DNA of 64,000 nucleotides, from NCBI GenBank assembly GCA_951406725.2, contig OX597826.1, forward strand, positions 41,354,001 to 41,418,000, read 5' to 3'. Origin of the DNA: Octopus vulgaris (taxonomy: Eukaryota). The first letter of the stretch is position 1, and every line of letters starts with the position of its first letter. The position numbers and the translations under genes are program-made. The notes beneath the pieces were generated by a model. That model had not been told where the DNA came from. It did no database searches and saw only the letters and a list, made by a program, of their open reading frames with translations. Shown here one piece after another: positions 14,319 to 27,518 of the stretch.

Positions 14319-14440
14319 CTCTAGAGTTTATGGCTTTGTACAACGGTCATCCATAGATATTTATAGAAGTCACGAACTAACACAGGAGACTGCATATGGT
14401 AGTGAGACACACAAGCTAAATATCCTTCAAATCACGTACA

Positions 14441-14487
<47 letters not shown>

Positions 14488-14875
14488 TCCCATTACTGCC
14501 TTAAAGAAGACAAATTTGATAATGATGTTTGCTACGGCCGAAATATTTTTGACTGCCGATCTGCTCGATTAGAATTAACCTGGAGCTTGTTTGTTTTTTT
14601 TGTTGTTGCTTTATCAGGTGGAGAAGGGACAATGCCTGTGACATTTTGCAGGGCATCTGGGACAGGTGGGAAAGAGAGAGAGGGTTGTACATTGGTTCAG
14701 GAACAGAGGTGCAAGCACATCTCCAAATATTGGTCGGGAGGCGATGGGGTCAGTGAAAACGCTTTGGTACATTCTCCTGAAAAACTTAATCGCTAAAAAG
14801 AACGAAGGTAGAAACAATTTTGGACTGATTTGAAACATTACTTTTCCATTACTGAATTTATCTAATTTGATTAAT

Positions 14876-15076
14876 CTTTTACTTATTTCAGTCATTTGAC
14901 TGCAGCCATGCTGGGGCACCGCTTTGAAGAGTAGTTTTAATCGAACAAATCGACCCCAGGACTTACTTTTTTGAGGCTTAGTAGTTCTCTTTTTGCTGAG
15001 CCGTTAAGTTATGGAGATGTAAACATACGAAGAACTGTTGTCAGACGGTGGTGGTGAGACAAAGACTGACACAAAG

Positions 15077-15149
<73 letters not shown>

Positions 15150-15252
15150 TACACAAATATATTTATGTATGCATATATATATATATATATATATATACAC
15201 GACATGCTTCCTTCAGTTTCCTTCAACCAAATCCACTCACAAGGCTTTGGTC
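14876..15252 (-). mobile_element. SINE family B, diverged partial
   Basis: Reverse-complement tail ttcagtcatttgactgcagccatgctgg and body caaatccactcacaaggctttgg. Confidence 0.7.
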
Positions 15253-15522
15253 TACTCGATGGTCTACTCATCATCAAAGCAAAAGCCTCTCTGCTTACAA
15301 GAGAGTGAACCCTGTCAAAGACATTCAAAATGTCAGGTGGTGTTGTCAACACAAGGTTGGGTGACAAAATTTAGTGTACAACACAAGTAGACCATGACGG
15401 CGTTTGAACACAGAACACAAAGATACCGAAGAAAAACTGCAATATTTCTTCGTCTGATGCTCCATCATTCCAACGCGCTAGATTGGTACAAATCTTCATC
15501 ATCATCATCGTCATCGTCATCG

Positions 15523-15582
<60 letters not shown>

Positions 15583-15668
15583 ACATCATCATCATCATCA
15601 ACATCGTCGTCGTCACCAGTCGTCAGTGTCATTGTAAGCAACAAAAGCAAGAGCTCTTGAATGGACAT

Positions 15669-15708
<40 letters not shown>

Positions 15709-16389
15709 TGTGTGTGGGTGGGTGTATAAGCACCCACAGATTTGACGATGTAATGTGGAAGCATTTTATGCGAGTTCTTGATCTGTTAGAAAGAACTGTC
15801 AAATGTCCTTCAAATGATATCTAACCATTTTGAAAAGGACCTCATTGAATAACGTAGTCCTAGATGTACTGTGCAAGAAACGGTATAGTGACAGTGTTTT
15901 GATAATTTTGATAACAGGTCTACTGGAGTATGGCTGACCGGGGGCTAAACGGCAACAGCAACAAAAATAACAACAGTTTCATATAGACTGTAGACGTAAA
16001 TAGACACGTTAAGGAGTGGAGGTCACATCAACAGATATACTGTAAAAGTTACAAAACTGAAACAAGAAAACAAATAAACCAATGATGGTTGTGGTTAATC
16101 CTTCATAATCTGGTGATCCCTGAGATTTAGCAGCAATATATGTCAAACATCTGCTTAGAGACGACATTACGGTGGGAAATGGTGGTGGTGGGAGGGTCCA
16201 GTGGGGGCTGTGATGGAGGGCAATACTATCTGGTTTTCCGTTGATCTTTTTCATTAAAACTGTAATTACAGCCACAACATCTTGTCAGTGTTTTGGCGGG
16301 TTTACAAGGGTGGTGGTGGTGGGGACAGAAATGAAAAATAAGAAATTACCGAACAAGCGAAAATATCCCACAGACACTAGCACCAACAC

Positions 16390-16475
16390 CCCACCACCAC
16401 CGCCGCCGCCGCCACCACCGCCGCCACCACCGCCTCCGCCGCCGCCGCCGTCGTCATCATCATCATCATCATCGA

Positions 16476-16507
<32 letters not shown>

Positions 16508-16555
16508 CCACCACTACCACCACTACCACTATCATCATCATCATCATCATCATCG

Positions 16556-16598
<43 letters not shown>

Positions 16599-16606
16599 TT
16601 TCCTCG

Positions 16607-16650
<44 letters not shown>

Positions 16651-16765
16651 GTCATCATCGTCATCATCATCATCATCATCATTTTCCTCGTCATCATCAT
16701 CGTCATCATCGTCATCATCGTCATCATCGTCATCATCATCATCATCATCATCGTCATCATCGTCG

Positions 16766-16821
<56 letters not shown>

Positions 16822-16849
16822 GTCATCATCATCATCATCGTCATCATCG

Positions 16850-16917
<68 letters not shown>

Positions 16918-16952
16918 TTCCTCGTCATCCTCATTGTCGTCGTCATTATCAT
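16390..16952. repeat. Long (CCG/CCA)-(ATC/GTC)n trinucleotide array
   Basis: ~560 bp of trinucleotide repeats; interruption attttcctcg recurs ~84 bp apart. Confidence 0.95.
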
Positions 16953-18102
16953 CTCCAAAGCAAAAAAACATCAAGAACAGTGAAAAGGCAAAACAAAACA
17001 AAACAAAACCAAAAAAACCCCCACCATTTCTAAAGTATTAACCCTCATCATATAAATTACATAAAAAAAAAAAATTATTAAAAATCAAAACAAAATGTTT
17101 GAGAAAAAAACCCCGCCAAAATGACATCCAATTAGGGTAAAATTTTGTTGGTGATGACAAATAATAGGCTTAAAGATGGAAGACAAAAAATGGTTTGTCT
17201 GTTATGAGTTGTGTTTGTGTGAGTGTAGGTAGGTGTATGTGTATGCTAGCGTGTGTGTTTGTCTCTCTCTCTCTCTCTCTCTCTCTGTTTCTCTATCTCT
17301 GTCTCTTTCTCTCTATATATATATGTTGTTGGTTGTGTGTGTTATGTGTTCTGTCTTCACTTGGTAATCAAGCTTTTTTTCCATTGAAACATTTGGATTG
17401 TTTGTCTGATGAGCGTTGTATGCAATTCTGATACTGAGCGACGAATAATAATGATAATGATAATACTAAATTGTCATTATTATCATTATTATTATTTTTT
17501 TTAAAAACTTGTGATAAAAAGAAAAAAAATTAATAATAATGATGATGATAATAATAATAAAGACAAAAACAAAAATAATAAATACTAATATTTTTTTTGT
17601 ATTTCTTCCTAAATGAATAACATATTTGAAGAGTAAATGAAGTGTGAATTGACAGAGTTAAAAAAAAAAAAAAAAAAACTCAAGGAAAAACAAAAAGAAA
17701 ACATCGGTGTTTTTAATGAAAATCTTTAGAAAATTTCTAGTTTGCAAATGCATAGTGAAATGAACTGAAATTAGTGACTGGTTGGAATATTTTGGAAAAT
17801 ACAAGAAACAAAAACCACCTCCGAATTTTGTTTAAAACGAAGTAATGCGTTTTTTTTTTTAAAAAAAAATCTCAGTTTGTAAATAAAGAATTAACGAAAC
17901 AACCCCTCTCAAACATAACAATATCAATGTCTTAATTCTAACGTTGTAATTTAGAATTACAGAGGAAACTGTTTAACTAAAAGTATAATGAATGACTGTG
18001 AGGTGTGGAGTCCCAACTTGTGTCTGTGCACGCACACACACACACACACATGTACACATATACATACTCAAATAAACACACACATATCTGCAGATACAGA
18101 TG

Positions 18103-18238
<136 letters not shown>

Positions 18239-18243
18239 CATAT

Positions 18244-18492
18244 AGTGGAGGCGCGTGGGTTAGTGGTTAGGGTGTCAGCATCATGATTGTAAGATTGTGG
18301 TTTCGGTTCCTGGACCGGGTGACGCGTTGTGTTCTTGAGCAAAACACTTCATTTCACGTTGCTCCAGTCCACTCAGCTGGCAAAGATGAGTAACGCTGCG
18401 ATGGACTGGCGTCCCATCCAGCTGGGGAACACATACGCCATGGAAACCGGGAAACCGGGCCCATGAGCCTGGCTAGGCTTTAAAAGGGTGCA
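18244..18492 (+). mobile_element. tRNA-derived SINE (family C-related)
   Basis: gtggaggcgcgtgggttagtggttagggtgtcagc head; 3' part gaaaccgggaaaccgggcccatgagcc shared with 54398-54690. Confidence 0.75.
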
Positions 18493-18608
18493 TTTATATA
18501 CATATATATATATACGTATGTATTGTATGTATATGTGAAAGTGAAAGTGAGTGAGACAGATAGATAGAGATAGAGATAAAGATAGATAGACAGATAGATA
18601 GATAGAGA

Positions 18609-18674
<66 letters not shown>

Positions 18675-19088
18675 GAGTGCTACTCTGGGTCAGAGTAGAC
18701 CTGGGAACAATCATGGTTAAGAGTTACTCCCGAAATAAAGCTCACTACAGGATACAGTTTAAAGTTATACGTAGGACACCTACACTTCTCCACACATACA
18801 CATAACCAACCCTATTAAGCCATGTTTAATTTGCATATGAATAAAGTTTACCCCCATCCCTTTGATTTGGCTTTCTCAGATCTATTTCGGGGTGGGGGAA
18901 AAGTTTGCATTTCTATTTTTTTAAAAATTCCTTCTGGCTCTTATTAATGGACAGGCGAGACAACTCACTTCAAATCCCATTCAGGGGCGATGGACATCGA
19001 TGTTTCGTCATTTTTGTCGTTTATCAACTTTACCTGAACCGAAGAGAACAAGCAAGGCACAAACACTGAGTATGTGTGTGTGTTATCG

Positions 19089-19129
<41 letters not shown>

Positions 19130-19302
19130 GACAGTCCCACACGATCCTGAGCGGTACAGTTGTTCATTTAAGAGTGTGAGAGTGCACAACCACTCAACAG
19201 GCATTCAGTGCTATGGCCATATGCCTTTGTGATTTAAGCAAGAAAGAAGTATCTATCCATCCATCCATCCATCCATCCATCCATCCATCCATCCATCCAT
19301 CC

Positions 19303-19458
<156 letters not shown>

Positions 19459-19560
19459 CTGTGTGTGTGTACATCAAACGGTGTATATATGTGTTTGTAT
19501 ACATTAAACCACATGTGTGTGTGTGTTGTGTGTGTGTGTGTGTGTGTGCGTTGTGTGTGT

Positions 19561-19616
<56 letters not shown>

Positions 19617-20152
19617 CATTAGATCGATTCAAACTAAATATCAGTAAAGAAAATATAATTTCCGTTAAGAAAAACTCCTGATATAATGTCTTCAAAATGT
19701 TTTCCTTATTTTTTTTTTCTCCTTTCTGCCTCTCTTCCTTTTCTTCTACTTCTTCCCAGATCTCTTTTATTTTTTCTTAGTCTTTTATATAATTTGCGAC
19801 GGTACTTTTACGGTTAAACTACTCTTTTTTTCTGTACTTTTTGCCTGTCGTCTGCCACACTCTCTTAATGAACACGTTAGGTTCATTAAATTTGCAATAA
19901 TTAGACGGTAAACATAAACTTGGTAACGAATCGTGTTTTTTTATTTTATTCCCGACCCGCCGCACCTTTGCCTTTCATTTCTCCTTCTTCTTTCTCTCTC
20001 CCTCTCTTACCCTTTCTCTCTCTCTCTCTTACCCTTTCTCTCTCTTACTCCCTGTCTTTCTTACCCACTCTCTCTATCTATCTGTTTGTCTGTGTCTCTA
20101 ATATCACTTTGATAATTTTCACGGGATATATGAGAAAGAGCGAGCGAAAAGG

Positions 20153-20198
<46 letters not shown>

Positions 20199-20208
20199 CG
20201 CGCGAGGG

Positions 20209-20240
<32 letters not shown>

Positions 20241-20548
20241 ACAAGAAAAGCGAGAGAGGTGCAACTACCGAAGAAAAGAGATAGTGATAAATGACCTGAT
20301 AGCGAGATCCACCCCTCCCTGGATACCATTTTTCTTTATCTTACAGTATTACGCCAAATACAAACTGGGGTAGCGACGGAATGCGAACTCTCAATCTCTT
20401 CACTGCTTGTCCACTCCTTTCATGAAACTGTCCCCTGCGTTCTAATCAAAACTATAAGAACTATTACAAATTTCCGGCTAGTAGACACCAGCACCAGGTT
20501 TCAATCCCAGTTGTAACTATTTTACTTCACTTTTCTGAATGATGAAAA

Positions 20549-20603
<55 letters not shown>

Positions 20604-20829
20604 CTCCTCATCCACCTCACCCTCTTGTGCCGTCTTGTTCCTCCCCACCACTACGAAACTCTATAAAAAGATTAAAATTACCCACAAAGGAATTATTTTG
20701 ATTTGAAAACCCCACTAGAATGGGAGAAAGCGCTTATGATCTAAGTGATATGATATATATGTAAAAAATGTAATATATAAATAAATATCTGTAAATATAA
20801 ACCATCCGATCTTCTGATTACCTCATTTC

Positions 20830-20888
<59 letters not shown>

Positions 20889-20992
20889 TAACGTTTCGAT
20901 CATGGTTCTTCGTCAGAAAGAGGAGAAAGGAAAGGTCCGGAGAAAAACAAGTCCAAGAAAAGAACATATGTGATTACATGGCTATATATATA

Positions 20993-21155
20993 GGTGCAAG
21001 AGTAGCTGTGTGGTAAGTAGCTTGCTAACCAACCACATGGTTCCGGGTTCAGTCCTACTGCGTGGCAACTTGGGCGAGTGTCTTATACTATATCCTAGGG
21101 CCGACCAAAGCCTTTTGAGTGGATTTGGTAGATGGAAACTGAAAGAATCCCGTCG

Positions 21156-21190
<35 letters not shown>

Positions 21191-21357
21191 ATTTGTCGCC
21201 CCACCATCGCTTGACAACCGATGCTGGTGTGTTTACGTCCCCGTAACTTAGCGGTTCGGCAAACGAGACCGATAGAATAAGTACTAGGCTTACAAAGAAT
21301 AAGTCCTCGGGTCGAGTTGCTCGACTAAAGGCGGTGCTCCAGCATGGCTGCAGTCAA
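20993..21357 (+). mobile_element. SINE family B
   Basis: Full head-to-tail similarity to the 13533 copy. Confidence 0.85.
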
Positions 21358-21588
21358 CTATCTATCTATCTATCTATCTATCTATTGTTAAGCTCTTCTG
21401 TCGTGGACGACTGATGAGGTTTTTCTGCAACTTTTTGCTGAACAACCTGCACAGATGTTATAGTGATTAAATGTTTGTGCTGTACATGTATATGCATATA
21501 CATACATATATATATAATGTATACACACATACACACGCGCCTACATAACAGCCCACTAACTATTCTACCTCTCTCCCCCCTCTCTCTC

Positions 21589-21659
<71 letters not shown>

Positions 21660-21687
21660 TAAACTGTAGGTATACGGTTGTGACTAC

Positions 21688-24398
21688 CTACAACGTATAT
21701 TTCCTATTTAGTACTGGGGATGTTTCATTTATGAGGACGTACACCTCTATTAGTCTGATTGTTGGGTCCTTCGGGAGCTAGGATAAAATGCGGTTGTCAA
21801 GTTGACCCGGTTGCCTCCATGTTGATCTTTGGCATGTTGGTAGCGTATGGAGGGCTGTTTTTGTCGTCAAATTGTCTCAAATGTTCATGCAGTCTTACTG
21901 CAATGCTCTTAGATGTCTCACCTATGTACATCATGATTTTGACTTTACAAGCACCTTCTATGCACCTTATGCTCTAGACTACATTTCTAGTTCTACAGTT
22001 AATGCCAGGGTTAATCCTACATATCATGCAGTTATCATTGGTGCATGCGGTATTTTTAGAGGGGCATGACCTACATAGTTGTGATCTGGTGGAGCTAACC
22101 TGGCTTTTCAACGATCTTAAAGCTCTCCTAAATCTACGGGCTAGTTCCCCATGTGCTGTGTCCTCTACAAACATCACACCTTCATATTTGTCGGTCTTGT
22201 ACCTCGTGTTTACCCTGTTTGCTTTGTCACAACTCTTTGTATTCTATTCCAGTCTTTACTTCTATACGTAGGGCAGGTACCACTGGTTTCATTACAAATA
22301 ATGCTAACTAACTTCTTTCTAACTCCCCTGTATAACTGAACCCTATCTTTCTGATCATATCCAGAGAATTGCATGCGGTGCATGAAGTTCTGTACATGTT
22401 TCTTTGTTTCATAGGATTTGCCTATTGAGGACACGTTGTTCATTATCCTAAATCTGCTATCGGTATGTTAATTTTCATGTTGTGTGACAAAGCTGAGTTC
22501 TTGTGAACAACGTATTTCGAAGCTATGGGTTTCATGTAATAGGAGTGGAGGAGCTGCATTCTGTTGTTCACAGTCTCTAACCAAACTTCATTATCTATTG
22601 TTGGGGTGCCTAGTGGCGTGATCTATAGTTACCTTGATACTTTCTGGGATGGAGATAGCCACTTGCTGGAAGCTTTCCATTATGTTCGTCTCGGTTTCTG
22701 CATTACCGTTACTAGAGTTAGTCTTAATTAGAATATTAATGTCATCTACATGCCTACAGTAAAGTAAAAGAGTTGTGGACCGTTCTGCTAAGGATTATTA
22801 CGTTTCCTGACCCACCAGGTCAGGGAGAGGCCGGCCACATCTCCAGTTACACTGCTACCAATGGTTGCACCTTGAACCTCCATGTATAGTTAAACTTTAC
22901 TATATAGTTAAACTTTACTATGTGGTTCTTCAAGATGGTTCTTATGGTAGCTCCTTTTGCTTGTGCAATCATTCTTTTTACTTGATTGTCGTTCTCAGGG
23001 TTTTGGGTGGGTATGGTCCAGCCCCTTTAGCGCTCTGCGGTGCTTTCCTTCACCGCCGAGGTGATGGTGGGTGGTCTTCCCCTCTGTGACCTAGTGGGGC
23101 AAAATCTACTAAGGTCACGGTTGTCTAGATAGTTCCTGTTATAGCTTAGTTTAAGGAGGAGGCTCAGTTTCCTCGTGTTGACTTCATGGAACTCTACATC
23201 ACTCTCACACATCATCTCGATGCATTTTCCACAGCAAAATTTATGTCTATAGATGGGTAGAGTGAAATTACATCCATACTACCCACTACATAACCTGTGA
23301 GGTCGTTGAAGTGGTTGCAACTACTGATTCTAATGAGGGGGTCCTCCATGCGCCCACAGACATCTGGGTACATTTCAATAAGAGGTCGTAATACCTGTGA
23401 AAGGAAGTAGGATAGTCTATAATTGCTGGAGATATTCGCTCCGCAAACTGCTCGGATTGGGGGCCCAATAACGGGGCTTACGTAGGGTTTATGGTCTTTA
23501 CGTAACCTATATAGTGTAAGAACATCATTGTTGAATGCTTGGAAATTGTGTGCAGTCTGTTTCTTGGGTTGGAGTATGTTGCACCACATTCCTATGTGTG
23601 CATTGAAGAGTTTTTCTACTCTTTCATGTTCTTGTGGTGCAACCTCTCTCATGCTGCTGTTGTGTTATTGCATGGTCTGGACATAGTTCTGTGGGCTGTC
23701 TATTGACGGTCTGCCAGACTTGTCTGTAGGAAGGCACTCTAATTCCCTGTTTCTAATTTGCTGTTTCAGTTTTTGTAGGCCTTTGGCAACAGATGAACTG
23801 AGCTGGTGGTTCTCCTCTTCATTATGTTTTTTAGTGGTTTTGTTGAACCAGTCTAAGATTTGTTGGAGTCTATTTCTAGCTAAAGAAATCTTTGCTTCTG
23901 TCTCACTGTCAATCTGGGTGGGATACATACCCTTTTGTTGAAGGGTAAGTCTGTGGGGTAGATCCTTGTCATGTCATATGATTTGTTGTTAGGGTTGTTG
24001 AAGGCAGAGTGTAGGGTGTTATTATTATCGTTGTGGTTGTTATAGTTGCTGGCATTGTTGTTGCTAGTGGTGGTGGTGGTGGTAGTGCTTGTGTTGTGTA
24101 CATTGTTGTTGTTGTTATTGATATGGGTGGTGTTGATGTTGTTGTTGATGTGAGTGTTGTTGGTAGTGGTGTGGATGATGTGGTTGGTATTGTTGTCTGC
24201 GTGTGGTGTGTTGTCATTGTTGTTGTTGCTATTATCTTCGCTATTGTTATTGTTATAATTGTTGTTTTGGTTCCGTATGTTTGTGTTGTTGTTGTTATAG
24301 TTGTTTGAGTGGGGAATGTTGTGGTTATATTTGTTGTTATTGTTATTGCGACTATTGTTGTCATTAACGTTGCCATTGTTATATGTTGAAATTTTTGA
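21688..24398 (-). pseudogene. Decayed Penelope-like retroelement ORF (RT + Cys-rich linker + C-terminal GIY-YIG endonuclease), Neptune-like
   Basis: Frameshifted minus-strand motifs: PTDLPFNKRV, PTDKSG, GSMDVISLYPSI, QGATIGSSVTGDVAGL, YCRHVDD, CTNDNCMIC...NC, NVV*SIRC...MYIGETSKS, DPTIRLIE...PVLNRK*. Confidence 0.85.
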
Positions 24399-24553
24399 TT
24401 ATTTTCATAATAATAATAATGATAATAATGGTTTCAAATTAGTGGAGTAGCCGAGGTCAAAACGTTCCATATACAGCTCCATAACTTAGAATGTGTTTCT
24501 TTTTTCGGATTTATGTTTACGGACGATACCCCCACCCCATATATATATATATA

Positions 24554-24705
24554 TTCTCTCCTTGTTTTTTCTGTGTACCTTTCTGTAGAAGAGCGTAGGC
24601 TCGAAACGTAAAATACTTTTTCTATTCCTTAGCGTTATACTAATACATCTGTTTGTTTTGTACACCACCTGTCTTCGTGTTTTGTTTTTTTTGTAAACTT
24701 TCCCT
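24554..24705 (+). mobile_element. Short pLTR/retrozyme-like element with minimal hammerhead-like motif (24579-24614)
   Basis: cttt CTGTAGA A GAGC gtag GCTC GAAA CGT A aaat; same family as 11356. Confidence 0.6.
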
Positions 24706-25033
24706 ATATATATATATAAGGGTAAAAGGGTAAAAAATTAGAATAATTTTTTTACCAGTGGTTCGCATGCCAAATGAAAGTCATGAGACAACATATTTTC
24801 ATATGTAAGAGTGCATATAGATATATACACAAAAAGAAGACCCATGGCAGCGCTTCTTACATGTTAAAAAGGCACGCCGATAAAGCCCTAGGATTAAAGG
24901 AATTAAACTGCCTTTTTAGCATGTAAGAAGTCCAACCATGGATCTTCTCTTTGGGTATATATCTATATACACTCATATCAATCAGTCAATCACTCTCTCT
25001 TTCTCTCTCTGTCTATCTATCTGTCTGTCTGTC

Positions 25034-25065
<32 letters not shown>

Positions 25066-25137
25066 TATATATATATTCATTCACACACACACACACACAG
25101 ACAGACACACACACACATATATATATATATGTATGTA

Positions 25138-25187
<50 letters not shown>

Positions 25188-25282
25188 AATAAAATAGAAC
25201 ATATGCATATATATAAACATATATGTACGTATAATATATATATATTCATTCGCATGTATACATGCGCATATATATATATTGT

Positions 25283-25594
25283 GTGGAGGCGCAATGACCC
25301 AGTGGTTAGGGCAGCGGACTCGCGGTCGTAGGATTGCGGTTTCGATTCTCAGACCGGGCGTTGTGAGTGTTTATTGAGCAAAAACACCTAAAGCTCCACG
25401 ATGCTCCGGCAGTGGGTGGCGGCGGTCCCTGCTGTACTCTTTCGCTACAACTTTCTCTCACTCTTTCTTCTGTTGGCCTGCTCGCTTAGCCAGCGGGGTG
25501 GCGTCATTTGAAGGCTAAAACAATGCGAAGAGCATTGTGACCAGCGATGTGTAGCAACATCTGATAGTCTGGTCGGTCACGATGATCACGGTGA
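25283..25594 (+). mobile_element. SINE family C
   Basis: ggaggcgcaatgacccagtggttagggcagcggactcgcggtcgtaggattgcggtttcgattc tRNA-like head; tail cggtcacgatgatcacggtga. Confidence 0.85.
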
Positions 25595-25855
25595 TATATA
25601 TATTGTATATGTATGTATGTGTATATATATATACACATACATATACATATATTGTATATATATATCTTATCTCATGGTACGATATGAACATTTAACGTGG
25701 TTTTTATAGTCAGAATTTCGACTGCTATTTCGGCATGTTGGTGTCTCTCAGACACCCTCATTTTTAATTGTTAAAAATGATTACCTTTGTACGGTATTTT
25801 TTCCATGCTGGCCACTTGATGATATTGATACTTAAATATCGATATATATATATAA

Positions 25856-25903
<48 letters not shown>

Positions 25904-26138
25904 ATATATATGATAATAACACACACTCACATATAGATATATGTCTGAATGAATGTAGCAGATGCTCCTACAAGTAACATGCACAAAGTACCACACAAAG
26001 AAATAAAGAGAACATATGTTAACTTGTTTTTATTGAAGAACACCTCAGAATGGAACATAAAATCGAAACTTGTCGATATTTTTTGCACTTCACCTTTTAA
26101 TGTTCAAATTGTCTTTGTTATAGAGACAGACATCTATA

Positions 26139-26203
<65 letters not shown>

Positions 26204-26532
26204 ACGCACACACACATAAACACACACATTTACGTAGTTGTATATATATATGTATATATATATATATATATATATGCCCATGTAAATGTATGTATATTTC
26301 TCTGTGTGTGTATGTATGTATGTGTATATATATATACATATATTATATAAAAGGGCTTAGTAAAATAAATTACTTTGCCGCATACTGAACTCATTAGAAA
26401 TAGCAGCTAAAAAAACTTTTTCAAAAACTATTTCCAATACTTAAAGAAAACCTCTCTCATATAGTGTTTGCTCAACTCAACTCACAAAAGTATGGGGGTA
26501 GAGACATTAAAAAATCAAATGCAAAGGTTATT

Positions 26533-26585
26533 TGAGAACGTACGTTTCAAGATTAGTCAAAATCGACACTTCTATCATCAGCTCA
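26533..26585 (-). ncRNA. Type I hammerhead ribozyme (copy 1)
   Basis: UGAG-CUGAUGA-stem II(uAGAaguGUCgauuuuGACuaaUCUu)-GAA-ACGUACGU-U-CUCA: intact core, stem I UGAG/CUCA, palindromic stem III. Confidence 0.7.
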
Positions 26586-27090
26586 GAACTCCCTGGTTTG
26601 GATTTGAAAACACTGAAAGTGGGAGCATACCCTTTCGGCTTGTTATCACTTCAGAAGATCTGCTCAAAACTAACAGTGCTAGCAAATTCAAATATGCAAG
26701 CGAAGAATTTCTGCTCTCCCCTTTCCACCAGCGTGGGTTAAAATCAGCAAACACTATGCTTTTTTCGGTAAAATCCGCGGCATTATATAGAGAGAGATGA
26801 ATTATAATTTCAACAATTGAGGGTAAAATTAATTAATTAATCAATTTCACCAAGTATTCAGTATACAAAGGGACCATTTAAGGCGAATTCAAATTATTAC
26901 ATTATATAAAAGGGCTTAGTAAAATAAATTACTTTGCCGCATACTGAACTCATTAGAAATAGCAGCTAAAAAAACTTTTTCAAAAACTATTTCCAATACT
27001 TAAAGAAAACCTCTCTCATATAGTGTTTGCTCAACTCAACTCACAAAAGTATGGGGGTAGAGACATTAAAAATCAAATGCAAAGGTTATT

Positions 27091-27143
27091 TGAGAACGTA
27101 CGTTTCAAGATTAGTCAAAATCGACACTTCTATCATCAGCTCA
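27091..27143 (-). ncRNA. Type I hammerhead ribozyme (copy 2)
   Basis: Identical to copy 1, 558 bp away. Confidence 0.7.
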
Positions 27144-27465
27144 GAACTCCCTGGTTTGGATTTGAAAACACTGAAAGTGGGAGCATACCCTTTCGGCTTG
27201 TTATCACTTCAGAAGATCTGCTCAAAACTAACAGTGCTAGCAAATTCAAATATGCAAGCGAAGAATTTCTGCTCTCCCCTTTCCACCAGCGTGGGTTAAA
27301 ATCAGCAAACACTATGCTTTTTTCGGTAAAATCCGCGGCATTATATAGAGAGAGATGAATTATAATTTCTAGCACTGTTAGTTTTGAGCAGATCTTCTGA
27401 AGTGATAACAAGCCGAAAGGGTATGCTCCCACTTTCAGTGTTTTCAAATCCAAACCAGGGAGTTC

Positions 27466-27518
27466 TGAGCTGATGATAGAAGTGTCGATTTTGACTAATC
27501 TTGAAACGTACGTTCTCA
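27466..27518 (+). ncRNA. Type I hammerhead ribozyme (copy 3, inverted)
   Basis: tgagctgatgatagaagtgtcgattttgactaatcttgaaacgtacgttctca read directly on the + strand. Confidence 0.7.

Noticed and set aside
14242-14796. 184-aa ORF / possible exon after the polypyrimidine-AG at ~14617
   Set aside because: Starts in a hAT MITE, crosses a CA repeat, and no frame resembles a known protein
16127-16148. TAGCAGCA miR-15/16-like seed
   Set aside because: No supporting hairpin found and the family is not expected in this lineage
16241-17041. 266-aa Pro/Ser-rich ORF and antisense poly-Asp ORF
   Set aside because: Pure translation of trinucleotide repeats; no domain or splice support
25285-25360. tRNA gene
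   Set aside because: tRNA-like head continues into a multicopy SINE body; no proper acceptor stem or terminator
26468-27358. Duplicated ~110-aa ORFs in the tandem unit
   Set aside because: TTG/GTG starts, a frameshift between copies, no recognisable motif, and antisense to the ribozyme strand
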